Shown: positions 18,020-25,921 of the stretch, one piece after another
Layout of the letters: every line of letters begins with the position of its first letter
Position numbering within the stretch: position 1 is the first letter of the stretch
Assembly: GCF_051201565.1 (NCBI RefSeq)
Contig: NZ_CP179200.1
Coordinates: forward strand, 120,001 to 152,000
Direction: 5' to 3'
DNA length: 32,000 nucleotides
Origin: Pseudothioglobus sp. nBUS_23
Lineage (GTDB): Bacteria > Pseudomonadota > Gammaproteobacteria > PS1 > Pseudothioglobaceae
Translations under genes and position numbers: made by a program
The notes under the pieces: generated by a model
Databases searched by the model: none
What the model saw: the letters and a program-made list of their open reading frames with translations, nothing else
What the model was told of the DNA's origin: nothing

Positions 18020-19054
18020 ATGGCTAACAAACTTAAGGTTGGAATTATTGGGCTTGGTAGTATGGGATCAACTCATTTGGACATTTATTTAAAAATAAAA
18101 GAAGTTGAGGTGATTGCTATTGCGGATTCAATTCAGAGTAGGCTTGATGGCTCTTCTAAAGCTGAGGGCAATATAAGCGGTCAAGCTGAAGGGGGTGTTA
18201 CTGGATTGAGTGCAATAAAATATCTTGATGGTATGGAGCTTATTGAAAATCCTGACATAGATATAGTTGATATTTGCGTTGGAACAGACCTTCATTTTAC
18301 TTTTGTAGAGGCAGCACTTTCAAAAGGAAAGCATGTTTTGGTCGAAAAACCTTTAGCAAGAACTTATGATGAGGCTAAAAAAATAATTCAATTGGCAGAA
18401 CAATCTAGCAAATATGTTATGTCAGCAATGTGTCTTAGATATTGGCCTGCTTGGGTTTTTCTCAAGGAAGCAATAGATTCAAATGCTTACGGTAAATGCT
18501 TGTCTCTTAACTTTAAGAGGCAAACCAGTTTTCCTGGCGGCGCTTTTTACTCTGACCATAATCAATGCGGCGGAGCGCTTCTAGATCTTCATGTGCATGA
18601 CACTGATTTTGTTAGTTACTGTTTAGGCTTGCCAGAGGCAGTTTTTAGTCAAGGCTATAAAGGGCCAAGTGGAGGGATTGATCATATTGCTACTCATTAT
18701 ATTTACAATCAATCAGATTTATCACCACTAGTTAGCTCTGAAGGATCATGGACTATGCAAGAGGGTTATGGATTTAATATGTCGTACACTGCTAATTTTG
18801 AGAATGGAACTCTCAGTTATCTTTTAGAGCAGGATGAGACCCTTAAACTGTTTAGATCTGGCTCTGAGCCAGAATCAATTAATTTAAAAGAAGGCATGGG
18901 CTATGAATTTGAGATACGCACATTTGTCGATGAAATTTTGTCAGGTAATTCTACAAATCTTGATTTATTGAGGCAGGCTTCAGAGACTATTGCTATTATT
19001 GAGGCAGAAAAGACGAGTATAGAAACCTGTTCATTGGTTTCGATAAAGATTTAA
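18020..19054 (+). CDS. Gfo/Idh/MocA family NAD(P)-dependent oxidoreductase (second paralogue)
   Basis: 344 aa. Rossmann VGIIGLGSMGSTH and the EKP motif (VLVEKPLART). Confidence 0.85.
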   Translation: MANKLKVGIIGLGSMGSTHLDIYLKIKEVEVIAIADSIQSRLDGSSKAEGNISGQAEGGVTGLSAIKYLDGMELIENPDIDIVDICVGTDLHFTFVEAALSKGKHVLVEKPLARTYDEAKKIIQLAEQSSKYVMSAMCLRYWPAWVFLKEAIDSNAYGKCLSLNFKRQTSFPGGAFYSDHNQCGGALLDLHVHDTDFVSYCLGLPEAVFSQGYKGPSGGIDHIATHYIYNQSDLSPLVSSEGSWTMQEGYGFNMSYTANFENGTLSYLLEQDETLKLFRSGSEPESINLKEGMGYEFEIRTFVDEILSGNSTNLDLLRQASETIAIIEAEKTSIETCSLVSIKI

Positions 19055-19080
19055 ATCAAATTAATTAGGCTTAATACTTC

Positions 19081-19617
19081 CTAATAGGTGCCAAGTTTAT
19101 AATCATCCCAAACTTGCTGAGCAAGTGCCCCAATGTACTCATCATTATTTTCTAGGGCCTGTTTAATCCAAAACCTAGCCTCTAAAAAATTTTTATCTCC
19201 ACCTTTTCCAAGAAGATACATTCTTCCAAGATTGTATTGAGCAGGCGCATCACCCTGTTCTGCTGCCTTGATGAACCAACTAAACGCCAGGTTATCGTTT
19301 TGAGTGGCACCCTGTCCCCGAAGATAGAGATTGCCTAAATTGTATTGTGCATTAACATTACCCTGCTCTGCAGACTTTGTATACCACTTAATTGCTTCCT
19401 GGAAGTCCTGAGCTATGCCTCTTCCGTTTGCATGCATCCATCCAAGATTATATTGAGCCCTGGCATTTCCATCTTGTGCGACTTGGGTCCATTCAAGTAT
19501 AGCTCCTTCATAGTCCCCACTAGCATAAGCTCTCTGTCCATCAATGTAGTCGGCTGAGACGCTTAATGTAAAACAAAAAGAACATAAAAAAGCTAATAAA
19601 ACATGATTTTTAGACAT
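19081..19617 (-). CDS. Secreted Sel1-repeat (TPR-like) protein
   Basis: 178 aa. Signal peptide, then four Sel1 repeats (AQYNLGWMHANGRG, AQYNLGNLYLRGQG, AQYNLGRMYLLGKG and others). Confidence 0.85.
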   Translation of the reverse strand: MSKNHVLLAFLCSFCFTLSVSADYIDGQRAYASGDYEGAILEWTQVAQDGNARAQYNLGWMHANGRGIAQDFQEAIKWYTKSAEQGNVNAQYNLGNLYLRGQGATQNDNLAFSWFIKAAEQGDAPAQYNLGRMYLLGKGGDKNFLEARFWIKQALENNDEYIGALAQQVWDDYKLGTY

Positions 19618-19787
19618 TATTTTCCTTTAATTTTCTGCATTCTTACTAATCCTTAATATATTAACATAATTGAATTTAATTATGCAGCTTTGAATGGGGA
19701 CAATTATAACAATTAGAGGAGTTATTCACTATAGAATGTATTTACCAAATTGCTAAGATTGACCCCACATTTGCTAATCATTTTAAA

Positions 19788-20573
19788 ATGCCAAAAATCT
19801 ATATGTTGCATGCTAAGTTAAAGGTCTTTGTGTTGATATTTGCCTGCCAATTTCTTTTTATCACTCAAGCTTTGTCCAGTGAAATCAGAATTGCAGTGGC
19901 TAGTAATTTCTATTCAACGATGCAGGAGATTATTGTCCAGTTTGAATTAGAAAACACTGATACTTCTAAAGCAAATGAAATAGTTCTTATTCCAGGCTCC
20001 TCGGGAAAACACTTTGCCCAAATTATCAATGGCGCACCTTTTGATCTGTTTTTTTCAGCTGATAAAATAAGACCAACATTACTCGAGGAGCAAGGAGCTA
20101 TCAGAGAACAATCAAGATTCACTTATGCATTAGGAAGGCTTGCACTTTGGAGCCCTAGAAGTCCATTCATTGATTCAGAGGGAGAGGCTCTTTTTGATGA
20201 AGATTTTAGATTTATAGCTATAGCCAATCCTAAAATTGCACCTTATGGAATAGCATCTAAAGAGGTACTTATGTCCATGAAGTTATGGCAAGATTTGAAT
20301 AAAAAAATTGTAAGAGGAGAAAATATTGCACAGACATTTCAATTCGTCAGCAGCGGAAATGCAGAGTTGGGATTTGTTTCATATTCTCAAATTTTAGATT
20401 CAAATTTTAATTTAGGCGGCTCTTTTTGGCTAGTTCCTCAGTCGTTGTATAATCCAATTGAACAGCAAGCAGTGCTTTTAAGAGATAGCACTTTGGCAAG
20501 AGACTTTATTGCGTTTTTAAAATCTGAGAAGGCATTAAATCTAATTAAAAAAAATGGATATGATTTACCCTAA
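19788..20573 (+). CDS. modA: Molybdate ABC transporter periplasmic binding protein
   Basis: 261 aa. Signal peptide plus ModA-like IRIAVASNF, GSSGKHFAQIINGAPFDLFFSAD, APYGIASKEVL. The start may be the ATG at 19803. Followed by modB and modC. Confidence 0.88.
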   Translation: MPKIYMLHAKLKVFVLIFACQFLFITQALSSEIRIAVASNFYSTMQEIIVQFELENTDTSKANEIVLIPGSSGKHFAQIINGAPFDLFFSADKIRPTLLEEQGAIREQSRFTYALGRLALWSPRSPFIDSEGEALFDEDFRFIAIANPKIAPYGIASKEVLMSMKLWQDLNKKIVRGENIAQTFQFVSSGNAELGFVSYSQILDSNFNLGGSFWLVPQSLYNPIEQQAVLLRDSTLARDFIAFLKSEKALNLIKKNGYDLP

Positions 20574-21262
20574 TGTTAAGTGAAACAGATATTTCAGCGA
20601 TTAGTGTTACCATTAAATTGGCTTTACTCAGTACAGCCATATTAATTGCTATTGGAACGCCGCTAGCCTGGTGGTTATCGCAAACAAAGTTTAAATTTAA
20701 AGTTGTATTTGAGGCTATTATTGCATTGCCTCTGATACTGCCGCCAACCGTATTAGGCTTTTATTTACTAATGACATTAGGCTCCAATAGTCCATTAGCT
20801 GGAGTTTTAGAATATTTTGGAGGGGGTTCAATTGCCTTTACTTTCAGTGGCCTAGTTGTTGGATCTGTAATTTACTCACTTCCTTTCGTAGTTCAGCCAC
20901 TTCAAAATTCTTTCAGCACAGTTAGAAGTGAATCTTTGGAAGTGGCAGCAACTTTAGGAGCATCAAATATCGATCGATTTTTTACAGTTGCTGTTCCATT
21001 AGCACGATCTGGTTTTATAACAGCTGCAGTTCTCGGATTTGCCCATACCGTAGGTGAGTTTGGAGTTGTGCTAATGATTGGAGGAAACATTCCAGGCGAA
21101 ACAGGCGTTTTATCAATAGCCATTTATGATCATGTTGAGGCAATGGAGTATTCTCAAGCCCATTTATTAGCTGGTGGTTTACTGGTAGCTTCTTTTGTAA
21201 TGCTAATTTTTGTGTATCTCTTTAATCGTCATTTTTCACTAATGAGGAGCAGGGACTGGTGA
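20573..21262 (+). CDS. modB: Molybdate ABC transporter permease
   Basis: 229 aa, 5-6 TM. EAA-type loop: LEVAATLGASNIDRFFTVAVPLARSG. Its start abuts the modA stop. Confidence 0.9.
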   Translation: MLSETDISAISVTIKLALLSTAILIAIGTPLAWWLSQTKFKFKVVFEAIIALPLILPPTVLGFYLLMTLGSNSPLAGVLEYFGGGSIAFTFSGLVVGSVIYSLPFVVQPLQNSFSTVRSESLEVAATLGASNIDRFFTVAVPLARSGFITAAVLGFAHTVGEFGVVLMIGGNIPGETGVLSIAIYDHVEAMEYSQAHLLAGGLLVASFVMLIFVYLFNRHFSLMRSRDW

Positions 21263-22320
21263 TTGAATGCCAGTTAAAAATCAAGTTAAAAGGCTTCACA
21301 TTAGATGCTAAATTCACTACACCTGATAAGGGTATAACCGTTATTTTTGGACCCTCTGGCTCAGGTAAGACAACATTATTAAGAGCTATTGCAGGTCTTG
21401 AAAAGAGCGATTCAGGTTTTCTTAAAGTTGGCGATTCAATTTGGCAAACAGATGATAATTTTGTTCCAACACATAAACGTCAGATCGGCTATGTATTTCA
21501 GGATGCTGGCTTATTTGATCATCTTGATGTAAGTGGCAACCTTAATTACGTAACAAAAAGAAAAACTGGGCTCAAAAAAGTTTTTATTGATTCAATATAC
21601 ACTTTACTAGATATTGAATCATTACTGAATAGGCGAATAGGTCAGCTTTCAGGTGGTGAAAAGCAGCGGGTTGCAATTGCAAGAGCGTTATTGACTAATC
21701 CCAAAATTTTACTCTTGGATGAGCCTCTATCAGCTCTTGACCTTAAGCGTAAAAATGAAATTCTTCCCTACCTCGATAGTCTTCATAATCAATTAGAGAT
21801 TCCAATTCTTTATGTAACTCACTCACAAGATGAGACCTCAAGACTAGCAGACCACATTATGCTTATTGAAGATGGAAAAATTATTGGGAATGGACCAATT
21901 AATGAGATGTTGACTAGTTTTGAAATGCCCTTGTCTCACAGTGGTGATGCAATATCAATTTTTGAGGTCAGAGTGATTAGTCGTGATACTGATTTTAATT
22001 TGATGCATCTTGAATTTAATGGTGGACAATTTATTGTTCCGGATAATGCGTTGCCAATAGACAGTCTTGTCAGAATAAGAGTTGCAGCACGTGATGTTAG
22101 TATTACAAAAAAGAAGCGGTCTGATACAAGTATTCTAAATATTTTTCCAGCAGTTGTTGAAGAGATAGTTCCTGAAGGGAATGCTCAAGTCATCGTTCGA
22201 CTGACATTGAACGGAGTTGTATTGCTTGCATGCTTGACTAGAAAGTCTTCAGCTTCTCTTAAACTAGACAAAGGATCCAGCGTATTTGTTCAGGTTAAAA
22301 GCGTTGCGATTCTTAACTAG
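21259..22320 (+). CDS. modC: Molybdate ABC transporter ATP-binding protein with C-terminal TOBE/Mop domain
   Basis: 353 aa. GTG start overlapping the modB stop. Walker A GPSGSGKTT, signature LSGGEKQR, Walker B LLLDEPLSALD. C-terminal TOBE-like beta domain. Confidence 0.9.
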   Translation: MIECQLKIKLKGFTLDAKFTTPDKGITVIFGPSGSGKTTLLRAIAGLEKSDSGFLKVGDSIWQTDDNFVPTHKRQIGYVFQDAGLFDHLDVSGNLNYVTKRKTGLKKVFIDSIYTLLDIESLLNRRIGQLSGGEKQRVAIARALLTNPKILLLDEPLSALDLKRKNEILPYLDSLHNQLEIPILYVTHSQDETSRLADHIMLIEDGKIIGNGPINEMLTSFEMPLSHSGDAISIFEVRVISRDTDFNLMHLEFNGGQFIVPDNALPIDSLVRIRVAARDVSITKKKRSDTSILNIFPAVVEEIVPEGNAQVIVRLTLNGVVLLACLTRKSSASLKLDKGSSVFVQVKSVAILN

Positions 22321-23569
22321 TCTGAAGATTGGTTCTGAGTCTTTGGATAGGCCTTTCATCAATAAAGACATGAATAAGCGCAGTAATAGCTGCAATTATT
22401 GCAGCCCACCACCAGACCTGATTATATGAACCAGTTGTGTCAAAAAGGTAGCCCCCAAGCCAAACACCTGTAAATGAGCCAATTTGATGATTTAGGAACA
22501 CGATTCCGTAGAGAGTTCCCATAAATCTCAAACCAAACATCTGGGCGACCAATCCTGAAGTTGGCGGAACTGTAGCAAGCCATAGAAGGCCAGTAGCAAA
22601 AGAGAATGCATAGATTGTAAGTGTAGAAATTGGAATAACAAGAAACAAGACAATCACAACAGACCTTGCTGCATAGATATAAGTCAAAATCCATTTCTTT
22701 GAATAGATTCCAGATAGATGACCAGAGACGAGTGAGCCAATAATATTACAAAGACCAATAATCGATAAGCTAATTGCTGCAACAGAGCTATCAAACCCCT
22801 TATCCGCAAGGTAAGACGGCATATGAACTGTAATAAAGGCTAGCTGAAACCCGCACACAAAAAATCCAGCAATGAGAAGCCAATAATGAATGTGTCCAGA
22901 AGCCTCACTCAGAGCTTCTTTTAGGTTTTGTTGAGGTTCATTATCAACAGTAATATTAGTTTTCACATCACCCTTGAATACGGGCGAAAAAAGAATCATA
23001 ACTAGTGCTCCGATCGCCATCAAGATCAGTGCAACTTGCCACCCATAGGCAACTAGAAACTCTCTTGCAACAGGAATAAAAATGAACTGACCAGCTGAGC
23101 CTGCAGCTGTTCCTACTCCAAGTGCAAGAGCTCTTTTTTCAGGAGCAACCATCCTTGCCATTGCTGGCAGAACAACGCCTAGGCCTGTTCCAGAGATACC
23201 CATTCCAATAAGAATTCCTGCTCCTAAGTGGAGGCCAATAAAGCTGTCAGCGGTTGCTGTAATATAAAGGCCTAGAGAGTAGAAAATCGAGCCCACTATA
23301 ATAACTCTAGAGGTACCAAACTTATCTGCTATTGCACCTGCTATGGGTTGAGACAAGCCCCACAATAGATTTTGAAGTGCTAGAGAGAATGCAAAAACCT
23401 CGCGTCCATATCCGAATGTTTCTGACACAGGCTTTAAGAAAAGACCAAGTGAAGATCTAAAGCCAAAGTTAATAGCCAAAAGAACACTCGCCAATAAAAT
23501 TGCTAAACTAATTATTTTTTTATGATGAGCCATTTGTTTAACAAGAATAGTTTCCGACAGTATAACCAA
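22313..23569 (-). CDS. Major facilitator superfamily transporter (substrate unknown)
   Basis: 418 aa with about 12 hydrophobic helices in a 6+6 arrangement and a central loop. The true start may be Met13 at 23533 (MAHHKKII...). The 3' end overlaps the modC 3' end by 8 nt. Confidence 0.85.
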   Translation of the reverse strand: MVILSETILVKQMAHHKKIISLAILLASVLLAINFGFRSSLGLFLKPVSETFGYGREVFAFSLALQNLLWGLSQPIAGAIADKFGTSRVIIVGSIFYSLGLYITATADSFIGLHLGAGILIGMGISGTGLGVVLPAMARMVAPEKRALALGVGTAAGSAGQFIFIPVAREFLVAYGWQVALILMAIGALVMILFSPVFKGDVKTNITVDNEPQQNLKEALSEASGHIHYWLLIAGFFVCGFQLAFITVHMPSYLADKGFDSSVAAISLSIIGLCNIIGSLVSGHLSGIYSKKWILTYIYAARSVVIVLFLVIPISTLTIYAFSFATGLLWLATVPPTSGLVAQMFGLRFMGTLYGIVFLNHQIGSFTGVWLGGYLFDTTGSYNQVWWWAAIIAAITALIHVFIDERPIQRLRTNLQTS

Positions 23570-23642
23570 TATAATTTGACGAACCTACTTATTAATATTA
23601 AGATGAGAGTTAGTTCTTTTCATTAATCCAAGAGAGGTTTCT

Positions 23643-24356
23643 ATGCGAGTATTGGTTTTTCAGCATGTTGATTGTGAGCACCCTGGATCACTGAGACAAT
23701 TTTTAGCCGAGGACGGCATTGATTGGGATCCTGTTTATTTGCATCGCGGTGATAAAATTCCACATTTTGATGATTATGATGCACTTTGGGTAATGGGTGG
23801 TCCAATGGATGTATGGGATATTGAGGAAAATCCTTGGCTTGTTGATGAAAAAGCTGCAATTCGGCACTGGGTTAAAGATTTAAGAAAGCCTTATCTTGGT
23901 CTTTGTTTGGGGCATCAGTTGCTTGCTGATGCATTGGGCGGAACCTGTGGACCCCAAAAAATTCCAGAAATTGGCGTGCTTGAGATTGAGTTAACTGAAG
24001 AAGGAAAAAAAGATCCGCTATTTAAAGGAACAGCAGAGAAACAGCAATGCCTCCAATGGCACTCTGTCAGGGTTGCTCAGGCGCCTGAGGGAGCAATTAT
24101 TTTGGCGAATTCAGATGTATGTTCAATACAAGCAATGCGAATTGGAAAGAATGCTTGGTCTATGCAGTATCACGTAGAAATAGAGTCGGATACTGTTGAC
24201 AATTGGGGAGCCATTCCAGAATATGCAGAAGCGCTGAGAAATACATTGGGTCAGGGCGCCTTATCAGAACTCAAGCAAAAAACTGATCAAAATATTAGTC
24301 AATGTTTAAGTTGCGCTAAGCAAATTTATGACAACTTTATGGGACAAATAGTTTAG
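23643..24356 (+). CDS. Stand-alone class I glutamine amidotransferase-like protein
   Basis: 237 aa. GATase1 nucleophile elbow GLCLGHQLL (Cys) and the His-x-Glu pair in MQYHVEIE. No fused synthase domain. Confidence 0.8.
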   Translation: MRVLVFQHVDCEHPGSLRQFLAEDGIDWDPVYLHRGDKIPHFDDYDALWVMGGPMDVWDIEENPWLVDEKAAIRHWVKDLRKPYLGLCLGHQLLADALGGTCGPQKIPEIGVLEIELTEEGKKDPLFKGTAEKQQCLQWHSVRVAQAPEGAIILANSDVCSIQAMRIGKNAWSMQYHVEIESDTVDNWGAIPEYAEALRNTLGQGALSELKQKTDQNISQCLSCAKQIYDNFMGQIV

Positions 24357-24493
24357 TTTATTTCAACTTTTTTTGTCGTTTTTTTCATTTGATTTTGGAC
24401 ATGTCAATATTCACAAATAACATTGATTTAAAAGGCTTTAACAGTCAATTTTTTTTCCTCAAAAGAAAAAAGATTAAAATGTAAATTTAATGA

Positions 24494-24522
24494 TTGACAC
24501 CGAATTTAATTCAAGGTATCTT
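24494..24522 (+). promoter_or_regulatory. Predicted sigma70-type promoter of the corrinoid methyltransferase operon
   Basis: TTGACA (24494-24499), a 17-nt spacer, then TATCTT (24517-24522). This lies about 50 nt upstream of the ATG at 24572. A GAGGG RBS precedes the start. Confidence 0.45.
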
Positions 24523-24571
24523 TCCGTTTTTTTAAAGTTAAATTTATTCCTAACATTTCGAGGGTTGGCTA

Positions 24572-25276
24572 ATGAGTGAAGAAGACGATTTTGACCTAAA
24601 TGATCTTGATGATAAGGAGCTCGTTGAGCAAATTCAAGATGACCTCTATGATGGTCTTGATGCTGAAGTAACTGAGGGAACTGAAATTCTACTTTCAAGA
24701 GGATGGGATGCTAACGACGTTCTAGGTGAAGCCTTAGTTGGTGGTATGAAGATTGTAGGAATAGATTTCAGGGATGGTATTCTTTTTGTTCCAGAAGTCT
24801 TAAAGTGTGCTGGTGCGATGAAGGGCGGTATGAGTATATTAAGACCTATACTTGCCGAATCAGCTGAAGATACATCATTAGGAAAGTTTGTTATTGGTAC
24901 TGTTAAAGGCGACATTCATGACATCGGTAAAAACCTTGTGGGGATGATGTGTGAGGGAGCAGGGTTTGAGGTCATTGACCTCGGCATTAACAATCCTGTT
25001 GAAAACTATTTAGAGGCAGTTGATACTCATGAGCCGGTTATCCTTGGAATGTCTGCATTACTCACCACAACAATGCCTTACATGGGAGTTGTTGTTGAGG
25101 AAATGGAAAAAAGAGGAATGCGAAAAGACGTACACATAATGTGTGGCGGCGCTCCTTTGAATCAAGAATTTGCTGATTCAATTGGTGTGCCTGCTTATGG
25201 TCGTGATGCTGCAAGAAGTGCTGAAATGGCCGAAGAACATGTCCGCGGCCTTGGTAAAAACCGTGCTCACAGATAA
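24572..25276 (+). CDS. Corrinoid (cobalamin-binding) methyl-carrier protein, MtgC/MttC-like
   Basis: 234 aa. B12-binding_2 helical cap plus a Rossmann-like B12-binding domain with DxHxxG (GDIHDIGKN), SxL (SALLTTT) and GG (CGGAPL) motifs. The N-terminal extension is unusually acidic. Confidence 0.9.
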   Translation: MSEEDDFDLNDLDDKELVEQIQDDLYDGLDAEVTEGTEILLSRGWDANDVLGEALVGGMKIVGIDFRDGILFVPEVLKCAGAMKGGMSILRPILAESAEDTSLGKFVIGTVKGDIHDIGKNLVGMMCEGAGFEVIDLGINNPVENYLEAVDTHEPVILGMSALLTTTMPYMGVVVEEMEKRGMRKDVHIMCGGAPLNQEFADSIGVPAYGRDAARSAEMAEEHVRGLGKNRAHR

Positions 25277-25898
25277 GGCAGTTGTTGATGAAAATAATAA
25301 AAGATTAGTATTAGGTTGTGGTGCGCTTGTTTACGATCTTTTAAGATTGTTAAAGCAAAACCCTTCGTTTTCAGATAGAGTCAACATTCAATGCTTACCT
25401 GCTAGTTGGCACAACTCCCCCCAATTAATTGCACCAGGTGTGGAGAAGTATTTGTCTGAGAATGCTCATCTTTATAAGGAAGTATATATAGCCTATGCTG
25501 ATTGTGGAACTGGTGGGGCGCTTGATAAGGTGCTCAATAAGTATAAGGCGAAACGAATAGAGGGAGCTCATTGCTATGAATTTTTTGCAGGTACAGATGC
25601 TTTTGAAAAACTTTCAGAAGAGGAAATAGGAACTTTTTATCTGACCGACTATTTGGTTAAAAATTTCAACAGGATAATGATTAAAGGTCTTGGACTTGAT
25701 AAGCATCCTGAACTTTTTGATGCCTACTTTAAGCATTATAAAAAACTTGTTTATTTGGCTCAAACAGAAAATGATGATTGGAAAAAAGATGCAGAGAAAT
25801 ACGCTAAGGATTTTGGTTTTGATTATGAATATAGGCTAGTAGGAACAGGGAGTCTTGATTCTGTTTTTGAAGAAATAGACATTGGGTTGTTAAGTTAA
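25239..25898 (+). CDS. DUF1638-like protein (unknown function, associated with corrinoid methyltransferase operons)
   Basis: The ORF frame is open from 25170. The domain-like core starts near KRLVLGCGALVYDLL. Plausible starts are ATG 25239 and GTG 25263, both overlapping the corrinoid gene 3' end. ATG 25170 would give a 107-nt overlap and a hydrophobic, likely spurious N-terminus. The family assignment is from memory of DUF1638 context and is uncertain. Confidence 0.6.
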   Translation: MSAALVKTVLTDKAVVDENNKRLVLGCGALVYDLLRLLKQNPSFSDRVNIQCLPASWHNSPQLIAPGVEKYLSENAHLYKEVYIAYADCGTGGALDKVLNKYKAKRIEGAHCYEFFAGTDAFEKLSEEEIGTFYLTDYLVKNFNRIMIKGLGLDKHPELFDAYFKHYKKLVYLAQTENDDWKKDAEKYAKDFGFDYEYRLVGTGSLDSVFEEIDIGLLS

Positions 25899-25921
25899 GA
25901 GTTATTTAGGATGAAAGAATT

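Noticed and set aside
19618-19787. Searched the modA upstream region for a ModE operator or a Moco riboswitch. Also considered linking modABC functionally to C1 oxidation via a Mo-dependent formate dehydrogenase.
   Set aside because: There are only vague TATA-rich segments (cacTATAGaatgTATTTAcc) and no convincing ModE-type dyad or Moco RNA core. No formate dehydrogenase is in the window, so the functional link is pure speculation.
24395-24410. The GACATGTC palindrome within TTGGACATGTCAATATT, upstream of the corrinoid operon promoter, could be a regulator site.
   Set aside because: It is a single 8-bp palindrome about 90 nt upstream of the predicted -35, has no second copy, and no cognate regulator gene is adjacent. 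This is not distinguishable from chance.
24357-24571. Looked for a cobalamin riboswitch upstream of the corrinoid operon. Also looked for ZTP (pfl) or THF riboswitches upstream of fhs (31663-31852).
   Set aside because: Neither spacer contains the conserved GC-rich cores of these riboswitches, such as the B12 box or the CCGCCTGGGC-type pfl element. Both spacers are AT-rich with only short, weak stems. A covariance-model scan (Rfam/Infernal) would be the decisive test.
25170-25276. The 107-nt overlap between the corrinoid-protein ORF and the DUF1638 ORF, as listed in the ORF track, might indicate a frameshift, a fused gene or a pseudogene.
   Set aside because: The corrinoid protein ends at a normal position after its B12 domain. 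The first roughly 30 codons of the 25170 ORF translate to a hydrophobic, non-homologous peptide (MLIQLVCLLMVVML...). Internal starts at 25239 or 25263 give a conventional short overlap, so no frameshift needs to be invoked.
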